From an uncultured Chloroflexia bacterium (lineage in GTDB: Bacteria; Chloroflexota; Limnocylindria; QHBO01), in the NCBI GenBank assembly GCA_963816215.1, contig CAWFKB010000011.1, positions 24,003 through 88,002 of the forward strand: DNA of 64,000 bases, read 5' to 3'. The notes beneath the pieces were generated by a model, which worked only from the letters and a program-made list of their open reading frames with translations, was not told where the DNA came from and did not search any database. Positions 18,648 to 37,011 of the stretch are shown piece after piece (position 1 is the first letter of the stretch; each line of letters begins with the position of its first letter). Both the position numbers and the translations under genes were made by a program.

Positions 18648-19772
18648 CCGGCGCCGTCCTCATTCACATCGGTCCCGATCTGGTCGCGCAGATAGCCCTC
18701 GATGAAGTCGTCGATCTCCCCGTCCAGGACGGCGGTCGGGTTCGAGGTCTCGACCCCGGTTCGGAGGTCCTTGACCATCGTGTACGGCTGGAGGACGTAG
18801 CTGCGGATCTGGTTGCCCCAGCCCGCCTCCACGTGGACGCCGCGCAGGCGCGCCAGCTCGGCCTCGCGCTCCTCCTCGGCCCGCTCCACGAGCTTGGCGC
18901 GCAGGACGGTCATCGCCCGCTCCTTGTTCTGCATCTGGCTCCGCTCGTTCTGGCAGGTGACCACGATTCCGGTCGGAAGGTGCGTGATCCGCACCGCGGA
19001 GTCGGTCTTGTTCACGTGCTGGCCGCCGGCTCCGCTGGACCGATAGGTGTCGATCTTCAGGTCGTCGTCGCGGATCTCGATTTCCGCGTCGGCCGGCACC
19101 TCGGGCATGACTTCCACCAGCGCGAACGAGGTGTGGCGCCGCTTCTGCCCGTCGAACGGGCTGATTCGGACCAGGCGATGCACACCCCGCTCGGAGCGGA
19201 GCCGCCCGTACGCCCAGCGCCCGTCGATGGCGGCCGTGGCGCTCTTCAGGCCTGCCTCCTCGCCCTCGCTCTGGTCAAGGATCTCGGTCTTGTACTTGTG
19301 GCGCTCGGCCCAGCGCAGGTACATCCGGAGCAGCATCTCGGCCCAGTCCTGGCTCTCCGTCCCGCCCGCGCCGGCATGGATCGAGACAATGGCCGGACGC
19401 TCGTCGTAGGCCCCGCCCAGGAGGAGCCGTTGCTCGGCCGACGCCCAGCTGGCCTGGAGGCCGGCCAGGTCCTTCTCGAGATCGGCGCGCAGCGCGGCAT
19501 CGGTCTCCGGGTCGGCGGCCGCCAGCTCGGCCAGCTCGGCCAGTCCGGCGGCACGCGCCTGGAGATCGGTCCAGAAGGTGATCTCGTCGCGCAGCTCATC
19601 GGCCCGACGCAGCACGGTCTGGGCTGCAGCCGGGTCGTCCCACAGGTTGGGGTCTGACGAACGGGCGGTCAGCTCCTCGAGCTCGACCTGCTTGGTGACC
19701 AAGTCAAAGTCGCACCGCCGTGTCGGCCACGAGGCGCGCCAGGCGCTCCGCCTCGGTCCTAATTTCGTCCAA
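18644..19772 (-). CDS. prfB: Peptide chain release factor 2, requiring a programmed +1 frameshift
   Basis: The zero frame runs from TTG 19772 as MDEIRTEAERLARLVADTAVRL to TGA (19706-19704). The +1 frame continues DLVTKQVELEELTARSSDPNLWDD..., with the SPF tripeptide and [16 protein letters not shown]. Confidence 0.9.
19704..19709 (-). other. prfB +1 recoding site CTT TGA C
   Basis: The minus strand reads GCGGTGCGA-CTT-TGA-CTTGG. This is the canonical CUU UGA C slippery/stop context, and the downstream frame is the RF2 body. Confidence 0.85.
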
Positions 19773-20070
19773 GGTCGTTGACGAGCGTGAGCTCCACGTC
19801 GGCCAGGCGGCCGGATCGCGATCGCAGCTTGGCCGGGTTCACGCACGGGCAATACGATTGGCGTGGGCAGGCTCCGCAGTTGCCGTCGCATCCCAGGGTG
19901 GCCGCGTAGCTGCATCGCATGCAGTCCCGCTCGCACTGGATCAGGTCTTCGTACGGGACCGATGGATCCCGGAAGCGGGTGACGAGGGGGAGATCCTGTG
20001 CGGGAAGAGGGGGCGCCGAAGCGGGGAGATCAGAGATCTGAATGGGAGACTCACCCGCCAGTTGCTTCAC
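19759..20070 (-). CDS. Cys-rich small protein (103 aa) between secA and prfB
   Basis: GTG 20070 lies 5 nt after GGAGG (20080-20076). Third-position GC is about 87 percent in the sampled stretch. The cysteine cluster is CERDCMRCSYAATLGCDGNCGACPRQSYCPC. The stop overlaps the prfB start by 14 nt. Confidence 0.55.
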   Translation of the reverse strand: MKQLAGESPIQISDLPASAPPLPAQDLPLVTRFRDPSVPYEDLIQCERDCMRCSYAATLGCDGNCGACPRQSYCPCVNPAKLRSRSGRLADVELTLVNDLGRN

Positions 20071-20129
20071 TCACGCCTCCGCCCACGGGGGGCGCGCCGT
20101 TCCGAGGACCGACGTGCCTTGAGGTCAGC

Positions 20130-20158
20130 ATCCTACCCGGACGAGCGCTCGATGTCAC
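20130..20158 (-). promoter_or_regulatory. Sigma-70-like promoter for the Cys-rich ORF/prfB unit
   Basis: On the minus strand: GTGACA (20158-20153), a 17-nt spacer, then TAGGAT (20135-20130), about 60 nt upstream of GTG 20070. Confidence 0.4.
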
Positions 20159-20193
20159 CCCCCAATCTTGGCCCGACGGCTTTCAAGCTGGCT

Positions 20194-20207
20194 TGAATCG
20201 CGATTCA
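20194..20207. repeat. Perfect 14-bp palindrome TGAATCGCGATTCA
   Basis: Read directly. It lies between the secA stop and the putative promoter at 20130-20158. Confidence 0.3.
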
Positions 20208-20254
20208 GGGCCGGTCAGGCGCGATGGGGCCGGTTCAGGACCGATGCGGACCGG

Positions 20255-23116
<2,862 letters not shown>

Positions 23117-23165
23117 TGGTCGGCGGCGAGTATATCCGCCTCTCCGGATGAGTCCCGAAACGCGG

Positions 23166-23897
23166 TTAGGCGAGGACCTCGATCGGTCCAGCCTCGGCTT
23201 CTGCTCGGTGCTTGATGCCCAGCAGCTGCTTGCGCATCATCACGAACACGCCAAAGCCCATGAACGGCAGGGTGTAGCGGGTCCACGGCTTGTCGGTCTC
23301 GCCGAACCGCACGCGGAACCGCTCGATGAGCCGCGTCCGTCCGTCTGGCTGCTCGTCGAGCACGAAGGCCCAGCTGGCCGAGAACTCGACCGGCTGTGCG
23401 TTCTCCATGAGCGCCCCGGTGGCCTTGATGTTCGCGGGCTGGTCAGGGATCCCGCTGGCCTTGGCGGCCTCCGCCTGCTGGCGCACGAGGTCGGTGTCGA
23501 GGTACAGAACGAGTGCCCGGTTGGGCTCGAGCGCCGAGACGACGAATCCGCCGCCCGGGAACGTGGGGATGACGTCCCCGACCTTCAGGTCCTGGAACTC
23601 GGGCAGGATCTTGAACGCGCTCGATCCCTGCATGTCCATCGCGTCGTAGCTGTACCAGCCGCCGCGGCCGTAGCCCATCTGCATGAGCCATGGCCAGATC
23701 GCGACTGCCGGCGCGTTGACAGTGATGGCCCGTGTCTCTCCGGCGTTCGGGTTGGCGATGACCTCATCGCCGGGCAGGACTTCGGTGGCTTCCTCCGGGG
23801 TCACACCCCAGCTCTTCCACCAGGGGCGAACGGCAAATCGGAAGGTGATGGCGGCCGCAGCCACCGCGGCGGCCACGGCGAACAGGAACTTACGCAT
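23166..23897 (-). CDS. SRPBCC (START/polyketide cyclase-like) family protein with N-terminal membrane anchor
   Basis: [28 protein letters not shown] is a pattern typical of this family. 243 aa. Confidence 0.65.
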   Translation of the reverse strand: MRKFLFAVAAAVAAAAITFRFAVRPWWKSWGVTPEEATEVLPGDEVIANPNAGETRAITVNAPAVAIWPWLMQMGYGRGGWYSYDAMDMQGSSAFKILPEFQDLKVGDVIPTFPGGGFVVSALEPNRALVLYLDTDLVRQQAEAAKASGIPDQPANIKATGALMENAQPVEFSASWAFVLDEQPDGRTRLIERFRVRFGETDKPWTRYTLPFMGFGVFVMMRKQLLGIKHRAEAEAGPIEVLA

Positions 23898-23968
23898 TGG
23901 AATGATCCCCTTCTATTGGTCGCCTTCAGCGTGGACCGAGATCGGAAACGGCGCAAGTGCCGTTCGGC

Positions 23969-25052
23969 TCAGCCCTCGACCGTGACGGCCTCGGCTTCTT
24001 CCTCGTCGTCGCCGTGGGCGCCCCAGAAGGTCATCTCTTCCACCAGTTCCACCTCCGACGAGAAGAGAGCCCCCACGCTCTCCCCGCGGTGGATGCGGCG
24101 GATGGCCTCACCGAAGAGGGGGGCCACCGACAGGATCGTGATGCGCTCCGAGTCGGTTCCCTCGGGAAGCGGGATCGTGTCGGTCACGATCACCTCCTTG
24201 AGCGGGGAGGCCTCGATCCGTTCGAGCGCCGCTCCGGACAGGACCCCGTGCGTCGCGCAGGAGTACACCTCGCGCGCGCCCTCGGCGATGAGCGCGTTGA
24301 CGGTCTCGATCAGCGAGCCGCCGGTGTTGATCTCGTCGTCAATGATCACCGCTGTCTTGCCATCTACCTCACCGATGACGTTCTTCAGCTCCGCCCGATC
24401 GTCGTTTGCGGTTCGTCGCTTCTCGACGATGGCCAGCGGGGCGTCGAGCTTCTCGGCGAAGTTGCGCGCCTTCTTGGCGAATCCGAGCTCGCTGACGACG
24501 ACCAGGTCGTCAAGGTCCAGTCCGGTCACATAGCGGGCCAGCATGTCGACTGCGGTCAGCTCGTCGACCGGGATGGAGAAGAAGCCCTGGATCTGGCCCT
24601 GGTGGAGGTCCATGGTCAGCACCCGGTCCGCGCCGGCCACGGTCAGCATGTCGGCCACCAGGCGGGCGGTGATCGGAACCCGGGGCTGGTCCTTCTTGTC
24701 CGACCGTCCGTACGCGTAGTACGGGATGACCGCCGTGATCCGCCCGGCGCTGGCACGCTTGAAGGCGTCGATCATGATCAGGAGCTCCATGATCGAGTGG
24801 TTCACCGGGCGGCAGGTGGGCTGGACCAGGAACACGTCCTGTTCGCGGACGTTTTCGAGGATGCGGACGAAGATGTTCTCGTTCTGGAACTGGAAGACGT
24901 CGGCCTCGCCCATCCGGGTTCCGAGGTAGCGGCAGATGTTCTCCACCAGCGGCCGATTGGCATTGCCCGAGTAGATGCTGAACTCGTCGGCGTACAACGG
25001 CTCGCTCCGTGCGCGGCGCCGGACAGGACCCCGGCCCGCCGATTCTACCGCC

Positions 25053-25066
<14 letters not shown>
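23969..25066 (-). CDS. prs: Ribose-phosphate pyrophosphokinase
   Basis: [46 protein letters not shown]. The start is uncertain (25066 overlaps the gyrA end; TTG 24997 is the alternative). Confidence 0.9.
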
Positions 25067-27581
<2,515 letters not shown>

Positions 27582-27636
27582 GCCCCGCCTCCCCGTCGGC
27601 AGTGTCGCGTATGTCGCGTCTGTCGCGCTAGACCAC

Positions 27637-28128
27637 TCATTCGGCGGTCCCGCTGGTCGGGCGCCACCCGTAGCGCTCCTTCAGCTCGGCCTTCTGACTC
27701 GGCGAGGCTCCCAGAAACTTGCCCGTGGCCTCTGCCACCAGTCGCCCGTCGGCTCCCCTGATCTCGCCGCGAACGTCGTAGATCCGCCGCCGTTGACTCT
27801 CGACCCAGCCGTCGGCTCGCAGGACCTCCCCCGGCTCGGCCGGTGAGTGGAATCGAATTTCCATGCGCGACGTCACCGCCCAGGCGTCCTCGCTCGACGG
27901 CGCCCAGGCCATGATCTCGTCGAGCACCGTGGCCAGAAGGCCGCCATGGACGCGATCGCTCCAGCCCACGAAATCGGGGCTTGGCGTCCAGGTCGTGCTC
28001 GCGCGTCTGTCTCCCAGTTCGATCTTCAGCCCCATTCCGATGGGATTGGTGGTGCCGCACGCGAAACAGTGGTGGTCGGCGAAGCCATAGCGGGGTGCGG
28101 CCGGCTGGACCGTGTTCACATCGGTCAC
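27637..28128 (-). CDS. PaaI/hotdog-fold thioesterase family protein
   Basis: [37 protein letters not shown] 28128 overlaps the upstream TGA as GTGA. The upstream part of track ORF 27637..28290 is Arg-rich and not coding. Confidence 0.75.
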   Translation of the reverse strand: MTDVNTVQPAAPRYGFADHHCFACGTTNPIGMGLKIELGDRRASTTWTPSPDFVGWSDRVHGGLLATVLDEIMAWAPSSEDAWAVTSRMEIRFHSPAEPGEVLRADGWVESQRRRIYDVRGEIRGADGRLVAEATGKFLGASPSQKAELKERYGWRPTSGTAE

Positions 28129-28358
28129 CAGCTCGGCTCGTCCCAATCGTCGCTGTACTCGTCGCGCCCGGGGCGGAGGCAGTGGTCGGCGATGGCCAGT
28201 GCGTAGGCATGGGCCACGGCGTATCCATCGCGCAGGAAGTTCACGGCTTCGCGGCGCTCGCCGATCCCATGAGCCTCGAGCAGCGAGCACCAGTCCTCGA
28301 GCGTTCGGCCCGTCTTGGACTCGACCTGGCGGATGTCGGCGACGTGTCGGGATGGCAT
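28125..28358 (-). CDS. DUF4287-like small protein
   Basis: 77 aa. VESKTGRTLEDWCSLLEAHGIGERREAVNFLRDGYAVAHAYALAIADH resembles the DUF4287 pattern. Confidence 0.6.
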   Translation of the reverse strand: MPSRHVADIRQVESKTGRTLEDWCSLLEAHGIGERREAVNFLRDGYAVAHAYALAIADHCLRPGRDEYSDDWDEPSW

Positions 28359-28370
28359 CGGTTTCGTCTC

Positions 28371-32007
<3,637 letters not shown>

Positions 32008-32082
32008 TCCGTTGCGAGTTCCTGTCGGGCAGCCTCAATTGTACCAGTTTGGGCGGTTTTCGGCCGCTTACCAAGCGCTCAA

Positions 32083-32098
32083 TGTTTCACGTGAAACA
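32083..32098. promoter_or_regulatory. parS centromere-like site
   Basis: TGTTTCACGTGAAACA is an exact match to the 16-bp palindromic parS consensus. It lies 76 nt upstream of the parA start. Confidence 0.85.
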
Positions 32099-32102
32099 CG
32101 CC

Positions 32103-32720
32103 GTGTGGATCGAATTCCGGCCCTCCCCGAGGCGGCAAAGCGGTCCCGGGAGTGCGCCGCCGCCTATACTTGGCCGAGCCGCCCACAAGCTGCATAGACC
32201 CCGCGAGAATCGACCGATCAACGCCATCAGCGCGCTCTTCGCCATCGCCATCGGTATCGTCCACGCCAGCCTTGCCCCCGTTCTGGCCGTGGGGGATTTG
32301 AGACCCAATCTCATTCTCGCGTTCGTGGTCGCCGTCACGGCCCTTCTGGGACTCGGTTCGGGAGCGATGTGGGCGTTTCTTGGCGGTCTGACCGCCAATC
32401 TCCTGACCAGTGACCCGCTCGGAAGCCTGCCGCTGGGCCTCCTGCTGGCCGCTGCCGCCGTTGCAGGCCTGGTACGCCTCATTGAGCGTCCCCCGGCCGC
32501 CGCGGTGCTCCTGGGCGGTTTCAGCGGCTCCCTCGTGGTGGATGTCACGGGCCTCCTTGTTCTCGCATTCGCGGGAAGCGCCTCGATGGCGCTGTCGCCA
32601 ACGTCATTTGTCTCGCTGCTGGTGCCCAGCGCGCTCGTGAACGCCATGCTGGCCCTGGCCGTCTGGTATGGGCTGCGCGCCGTCCTGGTGCGCGTGGGCC
32701 AGGAGCCTGCCGGTGCGTGA
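32103..32720 (+). CDS. mreD: Rod shape-determining protein MreD (start uncertain)
   Basis: Polytopic small membrane protein (LRPNLILAFVVAVTALLGL...) immediately upstream of mrdA-rodA. The track start 32049 would place parS inside the gene. GTG 32103 or CTG 32190 are possible starts. Confidence 0.6.
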   Translation: MWIEFRPSPRRQSGPGSAPPPILGRAAHKLHRPRENRPINAISALFAIAIGIVHASLAPVLAVGDLRPNLILAFVVAVTALLGLGSGAMWAFLGGLTANLLTSDPLGSLPLGLLLAAAAVAGLVRLIERPPAAAVLLGGFSGSLVVDVTGLLVLAFAGSASMALSPTSFVSLLVPSALVNAMLALAVWYGLRAVLVRVGQEPAGA

Positions 32721-32723
32721 GCG

Positions 32724-34637
32724 ATGAGTTCCGCGTTCGGCGAGCATGATCTGCCGCGCCTGGGTCGGCGATTCGTGGCGTTCGTCGTGATCGGCATCCT
32801 GCTGTTCACGATGCTGGGCGGGCGGCTGTTCCAGCTCCAGGTCCTCGAGGGCCAGGTCCGTGCCGCCGAGGCGGAGGCGGCCCGGACCGTCTCGGTCGCA
32901 ATCCCGTCTGAGCGTGGTCTCCTGTTCGACCGCGCGGGCCGACCGCTGGCCATCAACGTCCCGACATGGACGCTGGCCGTCCGGCCCGCAGACCTGCCGG
33001 AGGTGGGTCAGAGCGCGATTCTGGGTCGCGTGGCCCACATCACCGGGATCCCGCTCGAGGATCTTCAGGCCAGGCTGGCAGCCTTCCAGGGTTCACCGTT
33101 CGACCTGGTGCCCGTCGGGCGCGACATTGATCGCGACGCCGCCCTGCTCCTGGAGGAGGCGGCCGGGGACTTGCCGGGGATCGAGCTGCAGGTGACGGCC
33201 CGCCGCGAGTACCTCGACGACAGGGGAGCGGTGGACGGAACGCTCCTGGCTCACGTGGTGGGGTACACCGGCCCGATCAACGGCGAGGAGCTGGATCGGC
33301 TCGCCGACGACGGATACCTTCCGGACGACGCCATCGGTCGGAATGGGGTGGAGGCGACCTTCGAGGGCGCGCTGCGCGGGACATACGGATCGCAGCTGTG
33401 GGAACGCGATGCCACCGGCCGGTTGGTGAAGTCCTTGGAGGAGACCCAGGCGCCCATCGCGGGCAAGAACCTGGTCCTGACCCTGGACGCCAACATCCAG
33501 CGCATGGCGACCGACTCGCTCCTGTGGGGCATGCGCGAGGCCAACGTGTCGCAGGGCGTGACGATCGTCATGAACCCGCAGACAGGCGAAATCCTGGCCA
33601 TGGTCTCGCTCCCGTCGTACGACAACAACGCATTCGCGGGAGGGATCTCCGACGAGCTGTACCAGTCCTACCTGTCTGATCCAAATTTGCCGCTCCGCAA
33701 CCACGCCATCAGCGACATCTATCCGCCGGGATCGACCTTCAAGCTGGCAACCGGGCTGGCGGCGCTCCAGGAGGGCGTCACCACGGCCACGCAGCGCTGG
33801 CAGACCTACGGGTGCTACCAGATCCCCGACGCGCCGGCCGGGGAGTGCCTGTACGACTGGAACCACCGCGGCTTCGGCCACCTGAACATCGTCGAGGCGT
33901 TCGCGATCAGCTCCGACACGTTCTTCTACCAGATGGCCGTGCACCTGGGAGTGGACAAGCTGGCTCGCTGGGCCCACGCCCTGGGCTTCGGGGCCCCGAC
34001 CGGAATCGACCTGCCGAACGAGGCGAGCGGGATCATCGCCTCCACCGAGTGGGCCCACTCCCAGGGTCGGGCCGGGGTGTACACCGGCGAGCTGGCCCAG
34101 GCCGGCATCGGTCAGAACGTGATCGCCGTCACGCCGCTCCAGCTCCTCAATGCGTATGCCGCCCTGGCCAACGGCGGGCACCTGATGAAGCCGATGGTCG
34201 TGCGCGGCGAGGCGGACGACAACGGAAACCTGATCCGCGAGTACACGCCCCAGGTCCTGGCCGAGGTGGGCGCCAGCGACGAGAACCTGCGACTGCTGCG
34301 GATCGGTGCGCGCCAGGTCATCACCACCGGCCACGCCTACAACATCAGGGACCTGCGGCTGCCCGGCGCCCTGTCCGGAAAGACGGGCACCGCGGAGTTC
34401 GGGCTGCCCGATGCCAACGGCGTCTTGCCCTTCCACTCCTGGTTCGTCGCCTTCCTGCCGTCGACCCCGGGTTCGACCGACTCGCCGCTGGCCGTGATCA
34501 CGTTCACGTACCACGCGACGGTCATTGGCAACGTGTCGACCGAGGTCGTGAAGTACTTCCTCCAGCAGTATTTCCACACCAGCCAGGACCTGCGCCTCGA
34601 CCCGGTCACCCTGCGCCAGCTGGTGGGAGGCAACTAG
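32724..34637 (+). CDS. mrdA: Penicillin-binding protein 2 (elongasome transpeptidase)
   Basis: N-terminal TM anchor, LFQLQVLEG dimerisation-domain start, SXXK as GSTFK, KTGTA, 637 aa, between mreD and rodA. Confidence 0.88.
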   Translation: MSSAFGEHDLPRLGRRFVAFVVIGILLFTMLGGRLFQLQVLEGQVRAAEAEAARTVSVAIPSERGLLFDRAGRPLAINVPTWTLAVRPADLPEVGQSAILGRVAHITGIPLEDLQARLAAFQGSPFDLVPVGRDIDRDAALLLEEAAGDLPGIELQVTARREYLDDRGAVDGTLLAHVVGYTGPINGEELDRLADDGYLPDDAIGRNGVEATFEGALRGTYGSQLWERDATGRLVKSLEETQAPIAGKNLVLTLDANIQRMATDSLLWGMREANVSQGVTIVMNPQTGEILAMVSLPSYDNNAFAGGISDELYQSYLSDPNLPLRNHAISDIYPPGSTFKLATGLAALQEGVTTATQRWQTYGCYQIPDAPAGECLYDWNHRGFGHLNIVEAFAISSDTFFYQMAVHLGVDKLARWAHALGFGAPTGIDLPNEASGIIASTEWAHSQGRAGVYTGELAQAGIGQNVIAVTPLQLLNAYAALANGGHLMKPMVVRGEADDNGNLIREYTPQVLAEVGASDENLRLLRIGARQVITTGHAYNIRDLRLPGALSGKTGTAEFGLPDANGVLPFHSWFVAFLPSTPGSTDSPLAVITFTYHATVIGNVSTEVVKYFLQQYFHTSQDLRLDPVTLRQLVGGN

Positions 34638-34640
34638 GAC

Positions 34641-35774
34641 ATGGGCGTGGCCGTTTCGACCATCGCCGTCGCCCGCCAGGCACGGTGGCGCGACTTCGAC
34701 TGGCAGCTGACCCTGTACCTGGCCCTGCTCCTGGGCTTCGGTGTGGTGCTGGGCATCTCGGCCGCGTGGAACGACCCGTCGGCCCCGGGCACGGTTCCCG
34801 AGCCGGTCAGGACGCTGGTTTGGACCGGGGTCGGCTTCACGCTGATGCTGGTCGCGGCATCGGTCGACTACCACTGGCTCCGGACGTTTGCGGTACCGAT
34901 CTACCTGGTCACCCTCGGTCTGCTGGTGCTCAACCTGCTCATCGGCAGCGAGGTGTCAGGGGCGCACCTGTCGGTCAGCATCGGGGGCCTGGACTTCCAG
35001 TTCTCGGAGATCAGCAAGGTTTTCATGGTCGTCGTGTTGGCGGCCTTCCTGTCGAGCCGCGGTCAGCGGGTCGGCAGGCTGTCCACGATCCTGGGCGCCG
35101 GCCTCCTGACCGCCCTCCCCACCGCCCTCGTCCTGCGCCAGCCGGACCTGGGCACCGCCCTCGTCTTCGTGGCCATCCTGGGCGGGATGCTCTTCATCAG
35201 CGGGGCGAGCATCGGATGGATGGCGCTCCTGCTGGGCGTGGCGGTGGCGCTTACCCCGGTGGCGCTCAATGCCCTGGCCGAGTACCAGCACGCGCGGCTG
35301 CTGTGCTTCCTCGACCCCGCGGCCGACCCCCAGGGCGCCTGCTACCAGCTGGTGCAGGCCATGAACGCCGTCGGCTCGGGCGGCTGGCTGGGCCAGGGCC
35401 TGACCGCGGGCCACGCCAACCAGCTGGGCTTCCTGCCGGTCCAGACCACGGACTTCGTCTTCACCATCGTGGCCGAGGAGCTGGGGCTGGCCGGCGGACT
35501 CATCCTTCTCGTGCTGTTCGGCCTGCTGCTGTGGCGGATGGTCCTCATCGGTTGGCAGGCGCGCGATGGGCTGGGCCGCCTGGTGGCCATGGGCCTCGCG
35601 ACCATGATCCTGTTCCAGGTGGTGGTGAACATCGGGATGGTCATCGGTCTGCTGCCGGTGACCGGCATCCCGCTCCCGCTCATCACCTACGGCGGGTCGT
35701 CGACCGTGTCGATCCTGTTCGGAATGGGAATCCTGCAGTCGGTCCGGATGCACACCCGGACCGAGACGTTCTAG
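34641..35774 (+). CDS. rodA: SEDS family peptidoglycan polymerase RodA
   Basis: FtsW/RodA/SpoVE pattern: FDWQLTLYLALLL, QPDLGTALVF, TDFVFTIVAEELG, GIPLPLITYGGSS. Confidence 0.88.
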   Translation: MGVAVSTIAVARQARWRDFDWQLTLYLALLLGFGVVLGISAAWNDPSAPGTVPEPVRTLVWTGVGFTLMLVAASVDYHWLRTFAVPIYLVTLGLLVLNLLIGSEVSGAHLSVSIGGLDFQFSEISKVFMVVVLAAFLSSRGQRVGRLSTILGAGLLTALPTALVLRQPDLGTALVFVAILGGMLFISGASIGWMALLLGVAVALTPVALNALAEYQHARLLCFLDPAADPQGACYQLVQAMNAVGSGGWLGQGLTAGHANQLGFLPVQTTDFVFTIVAEELGLAGGLILLVLFGLLLWRMVLIGWQARDGLGRLVAMGLATMILFQVVVNIGMVIGLLPVTGIPLPLITYGGSSTVSILFGMGILQSVRMHTRTETF

Positions 35775-36949
35775 ACCGCTTCCACCTGCGGAGGGGGCCC
35801 CTGGCCGGGCGGTGATGGTGGGGGTGCTGAGAAGGCCGCCGGTGGCCGCGCGCCGCCGGCCACGGCAAGTGCCTCCTCCGGTGTCCCGCCTTCGAGGCGA
35901 CGGAACAGGTAGCGGTACATGTCCCGCAGGAGCGAGACGACCGGCGCGGCCAGGATCGCGCCCCAAAGTCCGAACAGCGACGCGCCCACGATCAACGCGA
36001 AGATGACCACCGCCGGGTGGAGGTTCACCGCGTCGCCCATCACCTTGGGCACAATCAGGTGGTTCTCCAGCTGCTGGATGACGGTGTACAGGGCGATGGC
36101 GGCGACGGCGGCTGCCGGCGAGATGGAGGCGCCGATCAGCACCGCCGGGATGGCCGAGATGATGGGACCGATGATCGGGACCAGCTCGAGGATGCCGGCG
36201 ATCAGGGCGAGCAGGATGGCGAAGTCCGCGAACTCCGAGAAGCCGATGACCGACAGGACGAGCAGGCCGATCAGGGTTGCCGCGAAGATGACCGCTCCCA
36301 GCAGGAGCTGGCCGCGGATCCAGCGCCCGATGACGCCAGCCGTGATGTCCATCGTGTTCTTCCCGTCCGGGCGCCAGTTCACCGGCAGCAGCCCAAGGAC
36401 CCCGTTCGGCAGGCGCTCGCGATCCTTCAGGACGTAGGCGAGCCACACCGGGACAACGACCAGACCGACGACGAAACTGGCGGTCCGGGCGACGACGCTG
36501 AGCAGCGGCCCGACGATCGTCTCCAGGAGGCCGATGACGGCTTGCTGTCCGCTCTTGATGACCGTGTCCAGGGCCTCGCGAATCGGCTCCGGCAGGGGGA
36601 GACCCGTTAGCCAGTCGACGATCGCCTGCTCCCAGGCGATGAACTGGGACGCCAGGTTGGGCAGGTCCTCGAGGAAGCGACGGATCTGGTCGAACAGCGG
36701 GGGGATGAGGAGGAATCCCAGGCCGATGGCCCCCACCACGACGACGACGTAGACGAGCAGGATTCCCGCGATCCGTGGCACGCCGAACCGGCGGTTCAGG
36801 GCGGTGACCGGCGGGTCGAGCAGGAAGGCCAGGGCGATGGCGATGCCGAAGACGGGGAGCGCCCCACGCGCCTCCCACAGCACGAGCGCCACGATGGCGA
36901 TCGTGAAGGAGACGAACAGCCCCAGCCGGTGGCGGGAGATGAACTCCAT
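35771..36949 (-). CDS. AI-2E family transporter (PerM/UPF0118)
   Basis: 392 aa polytopic protein. FAILLALIAGILELVPIIGPIISAIPAVLI is the typical family motif. Confidence 0.8.
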   Translation of the reverse strand: MEFISRHRLGLFVSFTIAIVALVLWEARGALPVFGIAIALAFLLDPPVTALNRRFGVPRIAGILLVYVVVVVGAIGLGFLLIPPLFDQIRRFLEDLPNLASQFIAWEQAIVDWLTGLPLPEPIREALDTVIKSGQQAVIGLLETIVGPLLSVVARTASFVVGLVVVPVWLAYVLKDRERLPNGVLGLLPVNWRPDGKNTMDITAGVIGRWIRGQLLLGAVIFAATLIGLLVLSVIGFSEFADFAILLALIAGILELVPIIGPIISAIPAVLIGASISPAAAVAAIALYTVIQQLENHLIVPKVMGDAVNLHPAVVIFALIVGASLFGLWGAILAAPVVSLLRDMYRYLFRRLEGGTPEEALAVAGGARPPAAFSAPPPSPPGQGPPPQVEAV

Positions 36950-37011
36950 GGCCCGTCATCCTAGCCGAGGGTGTCCGGGCGGTTCCAGCGGCGGTACCAT
37001 CGCGCGCAGCC

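Noticed and set aside
18644-19936. 430-aa continuous prfB ORF with a long N-terminal extension
   Set aside because: The extension (MRAGLHAMQLRGHPGMRRQ...) is Arg-rich and non-homologous. The CTT TGA C site and a short upstream zero frame explain the gene better.
19870-19960. CX3CX2C motifs in the small ORF as a radical SAM enzyme signature
   Set aside because: The protein is only 103 aa and has no TIM-barrel-sized domain or SAM-binding motifs. The motif match is probably a small metal-binding cluster instead.
32049-32102. Track start of the mreD ORF at TTG 32049
   Set aside because: It would place the parS palindrome inside the coding region and add a non-hydrophobic Arg/Pro-rich leader, so a later start is more plausible.
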